From Patescibacteria group bacterium (GTDB lineage: Bacteria > Omnitrophota > Gorgyraeia > Gygaellales > Profunditerraquicolaceae): a stretch of DNA of 64,000 nt. Position numbers and translations under genes: made by a program. Location of the stretch: positions 8,711-72,710 of the forward strand of contig DATJPV010000028.1 in NCBI GenBank assembly GCA_035506195.1, given 5' to 3'. Positions within the stretch are counted from its first letter, which is position 1; the number at the start of each line of letters is the position of its first letter. The notes under the pieces were generated by a model that saw nothing but the letters and a program-made list of their open reading frames with translations, had not been told where the DNA came from and did no database searches. This document shows positions 18,085 through 27,878 of this stretch, piece by piece.

Positions 18085-19862
18085 TATTTTGCGCCTGCAG
18101 CATCCGCAGGTTTTCCCGCTGCGGGTTCTGTATTCGGAACCGGCGCCTCCGGGGCAGAAGCTTCCTTCGGTTTCTTGCTAAACACAATCATCTGCACCGA
18201 ATACGGCTTGACGCTCAGGGTCCCCTCGTAAAGATCGGTGGTCTCAATTTCTTTCTCTTCGACGGGAACAAAATTACAACTGCTACCACAAGAAGCATCT
18301 ACGCAATAGCGTTGATAGAGATACTGACCCTGGAGGTTCTTAATACTCACCTTCAGGGGCCGTTCGGTTTTTGCATAGAGCTCTGCCCGCCGCTGCAATT
18401 CCAGGGCTTTCTTTAAGATGGTTTTTAGTCTGGGGTGAAGACGCAAGGTCGCAATCTCCATTTCGCCTTTGAGTATCCTGTCCAACCTGCCGTCTTTGGC
18501 AAGAAGCAGTATGGATTTGCGAAAGCTCTCCGGCAACGCCGAAATATTCCGCGAGAGATAATTCCTGCCCATGTCCGGGTCGATATAGTTGCCCACCAGC
18601 AATGTGAGGCGGTCTTCCGACTTGGCGGCGATGATGCTGACGAAATCGTCGTTCATTTTTGCCGAAGGAAAAAACGCCTGGGTGGTCAAGCCTGCCAGCA
18701 TCCTGAATACGACATACATCGCTTTGGGGCCGCCGCTGTATTCGCCGCGTTCCGAATCAAACCACAGCGCCCCAACGTCCCTGACGACATTCTCTCGCAA
18801 GGTGCGGAAGTCTTCCAGGCAAAAATAGAGCTGTCGGTCTATGCCGACCTCATACATATTCCTGAGACGGGCCAGAATATAGCTGGCGGCGATGTAGGCC
18901 TTGTCGCTTCTTTCTGGCAAGACATTGGCACCGCGGTCGTAGTTCCATTCATCGACCACCAAGGGCGTCTCGCGATTAAAACGAAAGTAGGAGAGCCAGT
19001 CGCGGACCAGGCTGACGGCAGACTTGTTGTACACGGTCATTTCCCGGTCTGCCAAGGGGTCCGTTGTATAACCGTGCCAGCTGATAAAATCCAAGGGAAG
19101 GCGATAGTTATAGCAAAAACGGATCAGGTCATAGATGAGGCTACGTTCGGGAGTAATAACGCTGTTGCCATCGAGATTCTGGAACCACCAGCTCGTACTG
19201 GGGCCGCCGACAGGAATAAAAAGCTTGGTTTCCTGCCTAAGCTCCTGTACCGCCTCGGCTACCGCGCGATACAGGTTAAGGTACTCCTGTTTTCTGCCCA
19301 AGAAGAAATCGTCGACATCCGGAGCGCTCCACACCTCATACCATACGTTGAGTTTCTTTTCGCAACTCAAATACCATATGTGCCCTTTAATCAGCTGTTT
19401 GAAGGCCTTGATGTCGCCCGGCGCGCTTTTCTTATTCAGCACCTTACCCATGCCCGCGGGAATGCCGAAGATATCCAGGATCACCACGCCGCCGGCTTCG
19501 TTTATTTGCCTGATAATCTGCTCGTAATTCGCCAAGAGCTTTGTCTGGGCATCCTTGTCCTTGGCGAGCTCGCCGATTTCCCAAAGGCTATACTGTAAGC
19601 GGTATATGTTACCGAAGCCAATGTCTTTCTGCCAGGCGGCAAGCGCCTCGGGGGCGGCCACGGTCTGAGGCCAGGTGGGAATGCGATGATAGCCGCGGCC
19701 GCTTACGTCGATGCCGGGCCGCAAGACAGGAGGCAGGAGAATGGTATCGGCGCGAACATCCAGTTTGAATTCAAGATCTCCGTCCTGAGCAACGGCGCTC
19801 GGACCGAAAAAGACAGCGGCCGATAACAACACGAAGAACAACGCCCTAAAAAAGCTTTTCAT
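18084..19862 (-). CDS. Secreted TIM-barrel glycoside-hydrolase-like protein (family uncertain; GH39/GH5-like clan GH-A features)
   Basis: Signal peptide MKSFFRALFFVLLSAAVFFGPSAVAQ. Candidate nucleophile region VVDEWNYD, aromatic-rich barrel-like segments, Pro/Ala-rich C-terminal tail. Confidence 0.45.
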   Translation of the reverse strand: MKSFFRALFFVLLSAAVFFGPSAVAQDGDLEFKLDVRADTILLPPVLRPGIDVSGRGYHRIPTWPQTVAAPEALAAWQKDIGFGNIYRLQYSLWEIGELAKDKDAQTKLLANYEQIIRQINEAGGVVILDIFGIPAGMGKVLNKKSAPGDIKAFKQLIKGHIWYLSCEKKLNVWYEVWSAPDVDDFFLGRKQEYLNLYRAVAEAVQELRQETKLFIPVGGPSTSWWFQNLDGNSVITPERSLIYDLIRFCYNYRLPLDFISWHGYTTDPLADREMTVYNKSAVSLVRDWLSYFRFNRETPLVVDEWNYDRGANVLPERSDKAYIAASYILARLRNMYEVGIDRQLYFCLEDFRTLRENVVRDVGALWFDSERGEYSGGPKAMYVVFRMLAGLTTQAFFPSAKMNDDFVSIIAAKSEDRLTLLVGNYIDPDMGRNYLSRNISALPESFRKSILLLAKDGRLDRILKGEMEIATLRLHPRLKTILKKALELQRRAELYAKTERPLKVSIKNLQGQYLYQRYCVDASCGSSCNFVPVEEKEIETTDLYEGTLSVKPYSVQMIVFSKKPKEASAPEAPVPNTEPAAGKPADAAGAK

Positions 19863-20643
19863 CTGTCAGTTTTTTCTGCACCCTCACAATCGAACGGGAC
19901 TTACCGGAATGCTCGTCTACGTCAATGACCACGCCGTGCAGCTGGATATCGCCTTCGGCTACCTCAAATCTGGTAGGTAAAGACGTGATAAAACGCTCCA
20001 GGACATCCTCGGTCCTTCTTCCGATAACGGAGGCGTAAGGGCCGGTCATGCCTGCATCGGTGATATAGGCAGTTCCCTGCGGCAGTATCTTTTCGTCCGC
20101 AGTTTGAATGTGGGTATGGGTGCCCAGCACCGCGGAAACCCTGCCGTCCAGATACCATCCAAGGGCGACCTTTTCGGAGGTGGCCTCGGCATGCACATCA
20201 ACCACAATAACCGGCGTCTGCGGCAGGAGAATCTCTACTGCCTGACGGGCTGCCCGGAAAGGGCATTCCAGCGCTTCCATAAAAACCCTGCCCTGAATAT
20301 TAATGACGCCGACTTTCAGGTTGCCGCCGAGGGAAAATGCACAAAATCCCCTACCAGGCGTGCCGCCGGGAAAATTCGCCGGCCGCAAAATGCGTTCTTC
20401 CTGATCGATGATATCCAGGATATCCCGCTTCTTCCAGATATGATCGCCAGAGGTAAGAACCGAGACGCCCGAAGAGAACAACTCGGACGCCACTTTGGCA
20501 GTAATGCCCGAGCCGCCTGCGGCGTTCTCGGCATTGGCAATGACAAAATCGAGGCCGTATTCGTTTGTAAGCTCTGGCAGGAGCCTATGTATGGCTTGGC
20601 GGCCAGGGTTGCCTACCACATCGCCAATAAAAAGTATCTTCAT
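19846..20643 (-). CDS. ymdB: YmdB-family metallophosphoesterase (2',3'-cyclic-nucleotide phosphodiesterase, TIGR00282)
   Basis: MKILFIGDVVG.PGR...NAENAAGG.GIT signature; downstream of rny as in Bacillus. Confidence 0.8.
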   Translation of the reverse strand: MKILFIGDVVGNPGRQAIHRLLPELTNEYGLDFVIANAENAAGGSGITAKVASELFSSGVSVLTSGDHIWKKRDILDIIDQEERILRPANFPGGTPGRGFCAFSLGGNLKVGVINIQGRVFMEALECPFRAARQAVEILLPQTPVIVVDVHAEATSEKVALGWYLDGRVSAVLGTHTHIQTADEKILPQGTAYITDAGMTGPYASVIGRRTEDVLERFITSLPTRFEVAEGDIQLHGVVIDVDEHSGKSRSIVRVQKKLTDEKLF

Positions 20644-20645
20644 CT

Positions 20646-22202
20646 TTATTTTGCGTATTCGATTGCCCGCATTTCCCTGATGACCGTAACCTTGATCTGG
20701 CCGGGGTATTCCATGCCTTCCTCAATCTTTTTACGGATCTCGCGCGCAAGGCTAATCGCCTCCGCATCGGCAATCTTATCCGGCTGCACGATGATGCGTA
20801 TTTCTCTGCCGGCTTGTATGGCGTAGGACTTCTCAACCCCTTTAAAGAGATTAGCAATGGACTCCAGCTTCTCCAGCCTCTTGATATAGGTTTCCAGGGT
20901 TTCGCGTCGCGCACCCGGCCGGGCAGCGCTGATGGCATCTGCGGCCACTGCCAGGACATCGTAAGGGGTTTTTAATTCTGCCTCTTCATGATGGGCCTCG
21001 ATTGCCGCCACCACAACGGCAGACTCATTATATTTCCTGGCCAGGTCCATCCCGATTTTGGCGTGAGTGCCTTCGACCTGATAATCAACGGCCTTGCCGA
21101 TATCGTGCAAGAGGCCGACGCGACGGGCAATCTTGGTATCCAGCCCTAATTCTGAAGCCATGACCCCCAGCAGAAAGGCGACTTCTTTGGAGTGCTGCAG
21201 GGCGTTTTGGCCGAAACTGGTGCGGTATTTAAGCCTGCCCAAAAGCTTGATCAATTCCGGGTGCAGCCCATCGACGCCGGCTTCAAATGCCGCTTTTTCG
21301 CCTTCCTCGCGGATCTTCTCGTCCATTTCTTTCTTAGTCTTTTCGACGATCTCCTCAATGCGGCCGGGATGGATCCTGCCGTCGGTAATCAACTTTTCCA
21401 GGCTCAAGCGGGCAACCTCTCGCCGCACGGTATCAAAACCGGACAAGGTAACGGCCTCAGGAGTGTCGTCAATGATAACATCGACGCCGGTCGCCATTTC
21501 CAGGGCGCGGATATTCCTACCCTCTCGCCCGATAACCCTACCCTTCATCTCGTCGTTGGGCAAATTCACAACGCTGACCGTCGATTCGACAGTATGCTCC
21601 ACCGCGCACCTCTGAATGGCCAAGCTGATAACTTCCCTGGCCTTCTTATCCGAAGTGCCGCGCAGTTCCTCTTCATACCGCTTAATGTGGATCGCCTTTT
21701 CGGCGTTTAATTCTTCGTTGAGACGGCTGAGTAAAATCTGCCTTGCCTCTTCAATTGACAAGGAAGAAATCTTTTGCAGCCTCTCCTTCTCTTCGGCGAT
21801 AAGGGCATGCAGCTGACCGTCTTTGACCTTTAAGGCGTCCTCCTGCTTCTTGATGTTTTCCTTACCGGCCTCGATTTCTTTTTCCTTCTTTTCCAAAAGA
21901 TCCAGGCGGCGGTCAATGTTTTCCTCTTTCTGGCTTAGCCGCTTTTCCAAATTGGTCAGCTCCTGGCGCCTCTCCTGCGTCTGGCGTTCGAAGTCCTGGC
22001 GCATGTGGTACATCATATCCTTGGCCTCGAGCTCGATCTCCCGACGCCTGTCCTGGGCCTCTTTCTTGGCCTGTTCTATGATATACTTTGCCTTATCCTC
22101 GGCATCCTGGATTTTTTTCTCTGCAACGTACTTGCGCAAAGAATACCCCAGGATTACCGACAACGCAGCGATGAAAATGCAAATTATCACGGTCGGTATC
22201 AC
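20646..22202 (-). CDS. rny: Ribonuclease Y
   Basis: N-terminal TM helix, Lys/Glu-rich coiled coil, KH domain ([11 protein letters not shown]) and HD domain (HDIGK). Confidence 0.9.
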   Translation of the reverse strand: MIPTVIICIFIAALSVILGYSLRKYVAEKKIQDAEDKAKYIIEQAKKEAQDRRREIELEAKDMMYHMRQDFERQTQERRQELTNLEKRLSQKEENIDRRLDLLEKKEKEIEAGKENIKKQEDALKVKDGQLHALIAEEKERLQKISSLSIEEARQILLSRLNEELNAEKAIHIKRYEEELRGTSDKKAREVISLAIQRCAVEHTVESTVSVVNLPNDEMKGRVIGREGRNIRALEMATGVDVIIDDTPEAVTLSGFDTVRREVARLSLEKLITDGRIHPGRIEEIVEKTKKEMDEKIREEGEKAAFEAGVDGLHPELIKLLGRLKYRTSFGQNALQHSKEVAFLLGVMASELGLDTKIARRVGLLHDIGKAVDYQVEGTHAKIGMDLARKYNESAVVVAAIEAHHEEAELKTPYDVLAVAADAISAARPGARRETLETYIKRLEKLESIANLFKGVEKSYAIQAGREIRIIVQPDKIADAEAISLAREIRKKIEEGMEYPGQIKVTVIREMRAIEYAK

Positions 22203-22322
22203 GTTCTGTACCCTCCTTTAGCTTTTGATATGCGTGAGTAAGTGCTTACCTTAACGCTTTTGAAAGGGCGTGGATGATGGAGATGGGCCTGTTGTTACAG
22301 GGGGGCGGCCGATAAGGCGTTG

Positions 22323-22865
22323 TTACGCACAGATAACTTTATCGACACGCGCGTCGGTTGCCACTGTGGGAATATCAGGTAAGATTTGGAAGTCAAAGGC
22401 CAAGCCGATAGAGACCGTTTTCTTGGGGATCTTCTGCAAGAAGCGGTCATAGTAGCCCTTGCCGCGTCCTAAACGGTTGCCGCGCGTATCAAAGGCAATG
22501 CCCGGCACAATAACCAGATCTAAATCCTCTAATCGCATAAACTCTTTAACCGCAGGCTCATACACCCCGTACAAGCCCTTTACCAGCTGCGTGACATCCT
22601 TCATGCGGCAGGGCCGCATGGTTCTGTCTTTCCTGCATACCGGTGCTGCGATTATCTTACCTAATTTTTTTGCATGCGTGATCATTTGACGCGTATCAAC
22701 TTCTCCATCAAAGGTGACGTAAAACATCACCCGTTTTGCCCTCTTAAACAACTGAGTCCTAAACAGTTTAGACTTGATCTGTCCACTTTTTCTGTTTCGG
22801 CTTTCCTCCTCCTGAGTTTTAAGCTTCCCTAAAATTCTATTACGAAGTTGCGTCTTTGTCAACAT
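22323..22865 (-). CDS. 5-formyltetrahydrofolate cyclo-ligase
   Basis: Conserved GEVDT and C-terminal VPGIAFD..GNRLGRGKGYYDR motif. Confidence 0.8.
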   Translation of the reverse strand: MLTKTQLRNRILGKLKTQEEESRNRKSGQIKSKLFRTQLFKRAKRVMFYVTFDGEVDTRQMITHAKKLGKIIAAPVCRKDRTMRPCRMKDVTQLVKGLYGVYEPAVKEFMRLEDLDLVIVPGIAFDTRGNRLGRGKGYYDRFLQKIPKKTVSIGLAFDFQILPDIPTVATDARVDKVICA

Positions 22866-23241
22866 GGCTGCCTTGTCGCTTATAGTAATCTTCTATCGCG
22901 GACTTCAGCGCCTCCTCTGCCAGAACCGAGCAGTGCATCTTAACCGGGGGCAGGCCGCCTAAAGCCTCAGCTACCATCTTATTGGTAATCTTCAGGGCCT
23001 CTTCGATGGTCTTACCTTTAACCATCTCCGTAACCATGGAACTGGTGCTGATGGCTGCGCCGCAACCAAAGGTTTTAAAGGTGACGTCCGCGATAACGCC
23101 GCCCTCAATCTTCACATACATCCGCATCACGTCTCCGCAGACCGGATTGCCGACATTGCCGACGCCGTTGGCATCCTTAAGCTCGCCGACGTTTCTCGGA
23201 TGCAGGAAATGATCCATTACTTTATCGCTATACTGTTCCAT
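22840..23241 (-). CDS. iscU: Fe-S cluster assembly scaffold IscU/NifU-like
   Basis: PRNVG...NPVCGD...FKTFGCGAAIASSS...HCS motifs with the three conserved Cys. Confidence 0.85.
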   Translation of the reverse strand: MEQYSDKVMDHFLHPRNVGELKDANGVGNVGNPVCGDVMRMYVKIEGGVIADVTFKTFGCGAAISTSSMVTEMVKGKTIEEALKITNKMVAEALGGLPPVKMHCSVLAEEALKSAIEDYYKRQGSHVDKDATS

Positions 23242-23895
23242 CTAACTTACCATTAAGACCTTGTGCGGTTTTAAGGTCTTTTTAAAGTTTTTCGGGCCCT
23301 GAACTTTCTTCAGCTGGCCGGCTTTTTGTTTCTTGTCCAGCTCGTTGTAGATCAAAACCCAGGCGCAATCCTTGTCTTTGTCTACTTCGCATTTCCCCTT
23401 GTTCATGCCGCCGCAGGGGCCGTTTAAGAGCCCTTTTGCACACAGGGTCACCGGACAAATGCCTGCCGTGATACCCAAAACACAATCCCCGCACGCGGAG
23501 CATTTCTCATAGAAGTTGCCTTGAGCATCCATCACCGCGCCGCAGATACTGTTGCAGCCGGGAAGCACCGCCAGGCCAAAACGCTGGTTGTCTTTCACCG
23601 ACTGGACCCCTAATCCGCAGGCCATAACCACAATCGCTTCAGCTTCACGCGCAGCCTTGCTGTTCTTGGCCAATTCCGTCTTGATCTGTGCGGCAATACA
23701 AGGGGCACCGGGGACGCAAGTTCCGGAAACAACCTTGCCTGCCCCTTCAAGCCGTGCCTTTAAAGCAAGGAGCTCCGGCTGGCCGCCGGTTTTACAGGTA
23801 GCGGCACATTCCCCGCAACCGACCAGCAAGACCCTGGCGTAGCCTTGTAAGCTATCTAGTATCTCTTCAAGGGGTTTCTGCTCTGTAATAATCAT
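23242..23895 (-). CDS. Cys-rich protein resembling the methylene-tetrahydrofolate reductase C-terminal domain (MTHFR_C / MetV-like), probable Fe-S or Zn binding
   Basis: Multiple CxxC/CGxC clusters (GCGECAATC, MACGLG, PGCNSICG, CSACGDC, CPVTLCAKGLLNGPCGG). Adjacent to a folate enzyme (5-FCL) and IscU. Confidence 0.4.
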   Translation of the reverse strand: MIITEQKPLEEILDSLQGYARVLLVGCGECAATCKTGGQPELLALKARLEGAGKVVSGTCVPGAPCIAAQIKTELAKNSKAAREAEAIVVMACGLGVQSVKDNQRFGLAVLPGCNSICGAVMDAQGNFYEKCSACGDCVLGITAGICPVTLCAKGLLNGPCGGMNKGKCEVDKDKDCAWVLIYNELDKKQKAGQLKKVQGPKNFKKTLKPHKVLMVS

Positions 23896-23938
23896 TCTTA
23901 AAATTTTATCACGCTTTCAGCGTGCGTTCAACCAAAAT

Positions 23939-25990
23939 TTAAGACCAATCCTCATTACGGAAGTATTCTTTCATCATCTCCCAAAGCTTTTCGTCCCTTC
24001 CGGCAAGAGGCGGAAGAACCCCATCGGAATCGACATCAAACCCCGCATCCTGCCCGGGGCTGCTTTCAATCTCGACAAACCTCTTGAGGATATCCCCCTC
24101 TTCCAAGAAGCGGGAGGCCTGGGTAAACACCGAACCGGCCTCTCCGAAATAGCTGCGGCTGGACCGGTCAATGTGGGGCTTGAGCAAGAACAGGTTTTCT
24201 TTGGCCCGGGTCGCTGCCACGTAAAAGAGCCGGCGTTCTTCTTCGATAGACTCCTCTTGCTCCAAAGATAAATACGACGGTAGGTGGCCTTCGGCCAGAT
24301 AGATCACAAAAACCGTATGCCATTCCAACCCTTTCGCCGAATGGATGGTGGAAAGCGTAAGGGAGGAGTCATCTTTGTCTTGCGTGCCGGATTCCACGAC
24401 GCTGCGTTCTGGCGGCTCAAGGGCGATGTCCGATAAAAACTCCTGCAAGGAGTCGTAACGGCCGGCGATGCGTATAAGCGAATCGAGGTCGTTCAAGCGC
24501 TTATCAAAGTCATCGTATTTTTCTTTCAAGAGCGGCTCATACGACCGCAAGAACAAGCGGATCAGCTCCGCAGGGCCCTGCCCCTGAGCGTCTGCCTCTT
24601 TAAGGAGCTCAAGCAGCTGAGCCAATTCCGGGTGCTTCTGAATAAGCCTGTTGTCGATTGGGGCATTCTTTTGCTGCGCCAGGATCGAGCCGATGATCCG
24701 CTCGGCAGTCTTGGGTCCGATCCCGCGCATCAACAGCAGCACCCGATACCAGCTGACCTCGTCAACGGCGTTATAGGCGATGCGCAGGTATGAAATAACG
24801 TCTTTGATGTGTGCAGCTTCAATGAACTTTTGACCGCCGTATTTGACAAACGGGATATTGCGGCTAGCCAGCTCTATTTCCAGGTCGTTGGAGTGCCACC
24901 CGGAACGAAACAGCACTGCAATATTGTTTAATTCAATACCCTCCTCCCGCAATTGAAGTATCTTATCCGCCACATATCTTGACTGGGCATGCTCATCCGC
25001 CGCATCCACATACACCGGCAGACGCAGCCCTCCTTTTTTGGTATACAGGTTTTTCTCAAACTTCTCGCCGGCAAAGCGTATTACCTCGTTGGCCAGGTTT
25101 AAAATCGGCTGCGTGGAACGGTAATTCTCTTCCAGGGTAATGATCTTGGCATCGCTAAAAATCTTTGGGAAATCGATGATGTTCTTAAAATTTGCCCCGC
25201 GAAAGGAATAAATACTCTGCGCATCGTCGCCAACCACCATGATATTCTTGTGCTCAGAGGCCAATAAACAGGCGATAAGCCCCTGAAGTTTATTGGTATC
25301 CTGGTATTCATCCACCATAATGTACCTGTATTTTTGGCACAACTTCAAGCGTACATCGGGGTGCCGGCTCAACAGGGTTTTCAAATACACCAGCAAGTCG
25401 TCGTAATCGACCAAGGCCTTTACCTGCTTATACGCCGCATACTCCTGGCGTATTTTCTCTATCTCCTGCACCCACTGGATGAACTGGGGATACTCTTCAT
25501 ACAACACGGTTTCCAAATCATCGGACTTATTAACGCACTTGGAAATCACTTCAAGCAGGGCCTGTTTTCTGGGGAATCGCTTCTCCGCTTTATGAAACCC
25601 CAGTTGCGTGCGAATCAAATTAACCGTATCCTCGGCATCGGATTGGTCGAGGATCGTGAAGTGGGGAGCCAGCCCCACCAGATACGCGTATTTGCGCAGC
25701 GTCATATGCGCGAATGAATGGAACGTGCCGCCCGCCACATGCTGGCATCTATTGTCCAATAACAGCGAAGCACGGCGCAGCATCTCCTGGGCTGCCTTAC
25801 GGGTAAAGGTAAGCAGCAGGATCTGCCCGGGATTTACCCCCCGTTCGACCAAATAGGCCACCCGGTACACAAGTACCCTGGTTTTGCCGCTGCCTGCGCC
25901 CGCAATCACCAAATACGGCCCTTCCGTTGCCTGCACCGCCGACAACTGCCCTGGATTAAGCTCTTTTTCATAATCGATGGCTTCTTTCAT
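23939..25990 (-). CDS. uvrD: ATP-dependent DNA helicase, UvrD/PcrA/Rep family
   Basis: Walker A AGAGSGKT, motifs Ia to VI of SF1 helicases (VDEYQDTN, FRGA...). Confidence 0.85.
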   Translation of the reverse strand: MKEAIDYEKELNPGQLSAVQATEGPYLVIAGAGSGKTRVLVYRVAYLVERGVNPGQILLLTFTRKAAQEMLRRASLLLDNRCQHVAGGTFHSFAHMTLRKYAYLVGLAPHFTILDQSDAEDTVNLIRTQLGFHKAEKRFPRKQALLEVISKCVNKSDDLETVLYEEYPQFIQWVQEIEKIRQEYAAYKQVKALVDYDDLLVYLKTLLSRHPDVRLKLCQKYRYIMVDEYQDTNKLQGLIACLLASEHKNIMVVGDDAQSIYSFRGANFKNIIDFPKIFSDAKIITLEENYRSTQPILNLANEVIRFAGEKFEKNLYTKKGGLRLPVYVDAADEHAQSRYVADKILQLREEGIELNNIAVLFRSGWHSNDLEIELASRNIPFVKYGGQKFIEAAHIKDVISYLRIAYNAVDEVSWYRVLLLMRGIGPKTAERIIGSILAQQKNAPIDNRLIQKHPELAQLLELLKEADAQGQGPAELIRLFLRSYEPLLKEKYDDFDKRLNDLDSLIRIAGRYDSLQEFLSDIALEPPERSVVESGTQDKDDSSLTLSTIHSAKGLEWHTVFVIYLAEGHLPSYLSLEQEESIEEERRLFYVAATRAKENLFLLKPHIDRSSRSYFGEAGSVFTQASRFLEEGDILKRFVEIESSPGQDAGFDVDSDGVLPPLAGRDEKLWEMMKEYFRNEDWS

Positions 25991-26306
25991 AAGGGCCTTA
26001 TTATAGCACAGCCGCTCTCTAGGCGATACCTTTTCTTGGCCGGAGCAATTAACGGCTTCGGCAGAAACGAAGCACGGCCCGATTGCTGAATGCCGCGCGA
26101 GACCCCCCCGTCAACTCTCCGGGGCATCTGACAGCGGCACCCCAACGCCAACGGCTCATAACAGACAGGGCATTCCTGCGTCCTTCTCATCTCTACCACC
26201 CCCTTACTTAAGAGAGCCTGGCTATCTGCGCCTTCATGTGCTTGTGTCCATACTCATAATATTTGATGCTTGAGGAAAAGAAAGGTTTCGTTCTCTTAAG
26301 CGGGTT

Positions 26307-27650
26307 TTATTCGCGGGGAGCGTCGGGCTGGTTACGCAGCTTTTCCAGGCGTTGTTTTATCTTAGCCTCATGGCCGATCTCGGTAGGCTCATAATAGGAA
26401 ACGGCCAGACGGGTATATTGCTGCTTTACATGGTGGTCCGCATAGTCGTGCGCATATTTATACCCCTTGCCGCGGCCAAGCGTTGCGGCGCCGGGATAAG
26501 AGGCGTCTTTGAGATGATCGGGAACCTCCTGAACTTTCTTTTGTTCGATGTCTCCCCAGGCCTTATCAATGGCCAGGTATGAGGCGTTTGATTTCGGCGC
26601 ACAGGCAACATAAATGGCGGCCTGTGCCAAGGGAATGCGCGCCTCCGGCATGCCCACAAACTCCGCAACCTGCAGGGCGGCGTTCGCCAGCACCAAGGCC
26701 AGCGGATCGGCATTGCCTACATCCTCGGCGGCAGCGATACAGATTCTACGTGCGACAAAACGCGGGTCCTCCCCGGCATAAAGCATCTTGGCCATCCAAT
26801 AGATCGCGGCATCCGGATCGGAACCGCGCATGGATTTAATGAACGCCGAGGCCGTATCATAGTGCGCGTCTTCATCTTTGTCATAGAGAACGGCTTTCTT
26901 CTGAATCGACTCCGCAGCTGCCGCCAGGTCGAACACGATAGAGCCGTCCCTGGATTTCGGACTGGTCAGTACGCCGACTTCCAGGGCGTTCAATGCCCGC
27001 CGGGCATCGCCTTCGCAGGCCTTGGCCAAGAAAACAAGCGCTTTCTTCTCGGCCTTAACCTTAAGTTCGCCCAGGCCGCGGGTCTTGTCTTTAAGGGCCG
27101 CGGAGAGTATGCGTAGTATTTCCGCCGGTTCCAGGGTCTTTAATTCGAACACCAGAGAGCGCGACAAAAGCGGAGAGACAAGAGAAAAAAACGGATTATG
27201 GACCGTGGCTCCGATGAGAATGGGGTTGCCGTCTTCGACGTCCGGCATCAACACGTCCTGTTGAGCCTTGTTAAACCGATGTATCTCATCGATAAAGAAA
27301 ATGGTTTTCTTACCGGTAGCGGTTTTTCTTTGCTTGGCTTGCGCAATAACCCTGCGCAGCTCTTCTACGTTCGAGGTGGTGGCGTTGATGGCAGCATAGA
27401 ATGCCTTGGTCATGTTCGCGATGCACCAGGCCAGCGATGTTTTGCCGATACCCGGCGGGCCGTATAACACAAGGGAGCTAATGCGGTCAGCCTCTATTGC
27501 CCGACGCAGGAGTTTACCTTTACCCAAGATATGCTCTTGGCCTATAAACTCGTTAAGGCTCGCCGGCCGCATGCGCACCGAAAGAGGTAAGTCTTTTTGT
27601 AACAAGGTGTTACCTTCCTGAGCGAAGAGGTCTATTTTTTCTTTTCTCAT
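26307..27650 (-). CDS. rarA: Replication-associated recombination protein A (AAA+ ATPase RarA/MgsA)
   Basis: LYGPPGIGKTSLA Walker A, FIDEIHRFNK Walker B/sensor. Start taken at MRKEKIDLF (27650) rather than the far-upstream Met. Confidence 0.85.
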   Translation of the reverse strand: MRKEKIDLFAQEGNTLLQKDLPLSVRMRPASLNEFIGQEHILGKGKLLRRAIEADRISSLVLYGPPGIGKTSLAWCIANMTKAFYAAINATTSNVEELRRVIAQAKQRKTATGKKTIFFIDEIHRFNKAQQDVLMPDVEDGNPILIGATVHNPFFSLVSPLLSRSLVFELKTLEPAEILRILSAALKDKTRGLGELKVKAEKKALVFLAKACEGDARRALNALEVGVLTSPKSRDGSIVFDLAAAAESIQKKAVLYDKDEDAHYDTASAFIKSMRGSDPDAAIYWMAKMLYAGEDPRFVARRICIAAAEDVGNADPLALVLANAALQVAEFVGMPEARIPLAQAAIYVACAPKSNASYLAIDKAWGDIEQKKVQEVPDHLKDASYPGAATLGRGKGYKYAHDYADHHVKQQYTRLAVSYYEPTEIGHEAKIKQRLEKLRNQPDAPRE

Positions 27651-27662
27651 GTGCGTCTCAAT

Positions 27663-27840
27663 AAAAAAATCCCCGCCTGTGCCGTTGGGGATGATGGTGC
27701 TGAACCGTTTTGGTTTCAGGTGGGTGCTGTCCCTTTGGCGCCTAAGCGCCAACGGAGTCAAAGCTCCCGTGAAATTAGTGTTGGTTCACTAATCATCAAA
27801 TTCCCCAACAAACACTGCAGGGATATGTAAGACTTGCAGC
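27663..27840 (-). ncRNA. Candidate structured small RNA (~180 nt) with its own promoter; 6S-RNA-like architecture suggested but unproven
   Basis: On the minus strand, TTGACT-17nt-TATGCT sits immediately after the pheT stop. The region ends in AUCCCC...GGGGAU + U7 just before the rarA RBS. The 5' segments (CCCUGC, UUGGGGA, UGAUG) can pair with the 3' segments (GCGGGG, UCCCCAA, CAUCA) to form a long interrupted closing helix. Internal hairpins include TTGGCGC-CTAA-GCGCCAA and TTAGTG-ttggtt-CACTAA. Confidence 0.25.
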
Positions 27841-27878
27841 ATAAAAAGCATACCACATCCTTGCCCGAAAGTCAACTG

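Noticed and set aside
18435-19598. 387-aa plus-strand ORF
   Set aside because: It is antisense to the well-supported GH-like gene, with low-complexity Arg/Ala/Gly-rich translation typical of antisense frames in GC-rich coding DNA.
21094-22221. Several 130-175-aa plus-strand ORFs opposite rny
   Set aside because: They are antisense to RNase Y, Ser/Leu-rich low-complexity translations, with no start or RBS context.
27663-27840. SRP (4.5S) RNA in the pheT-rarA spacer, prompted by GGUGCUG...GGUGCUGUCC segments on the + strand
   Set aside because: No GGAA tetraloop or AGCAGCC / GGAAGCAGCC domain IV signature on either strand; the promoter and T-tract orientation favour a minus-strand transcript.
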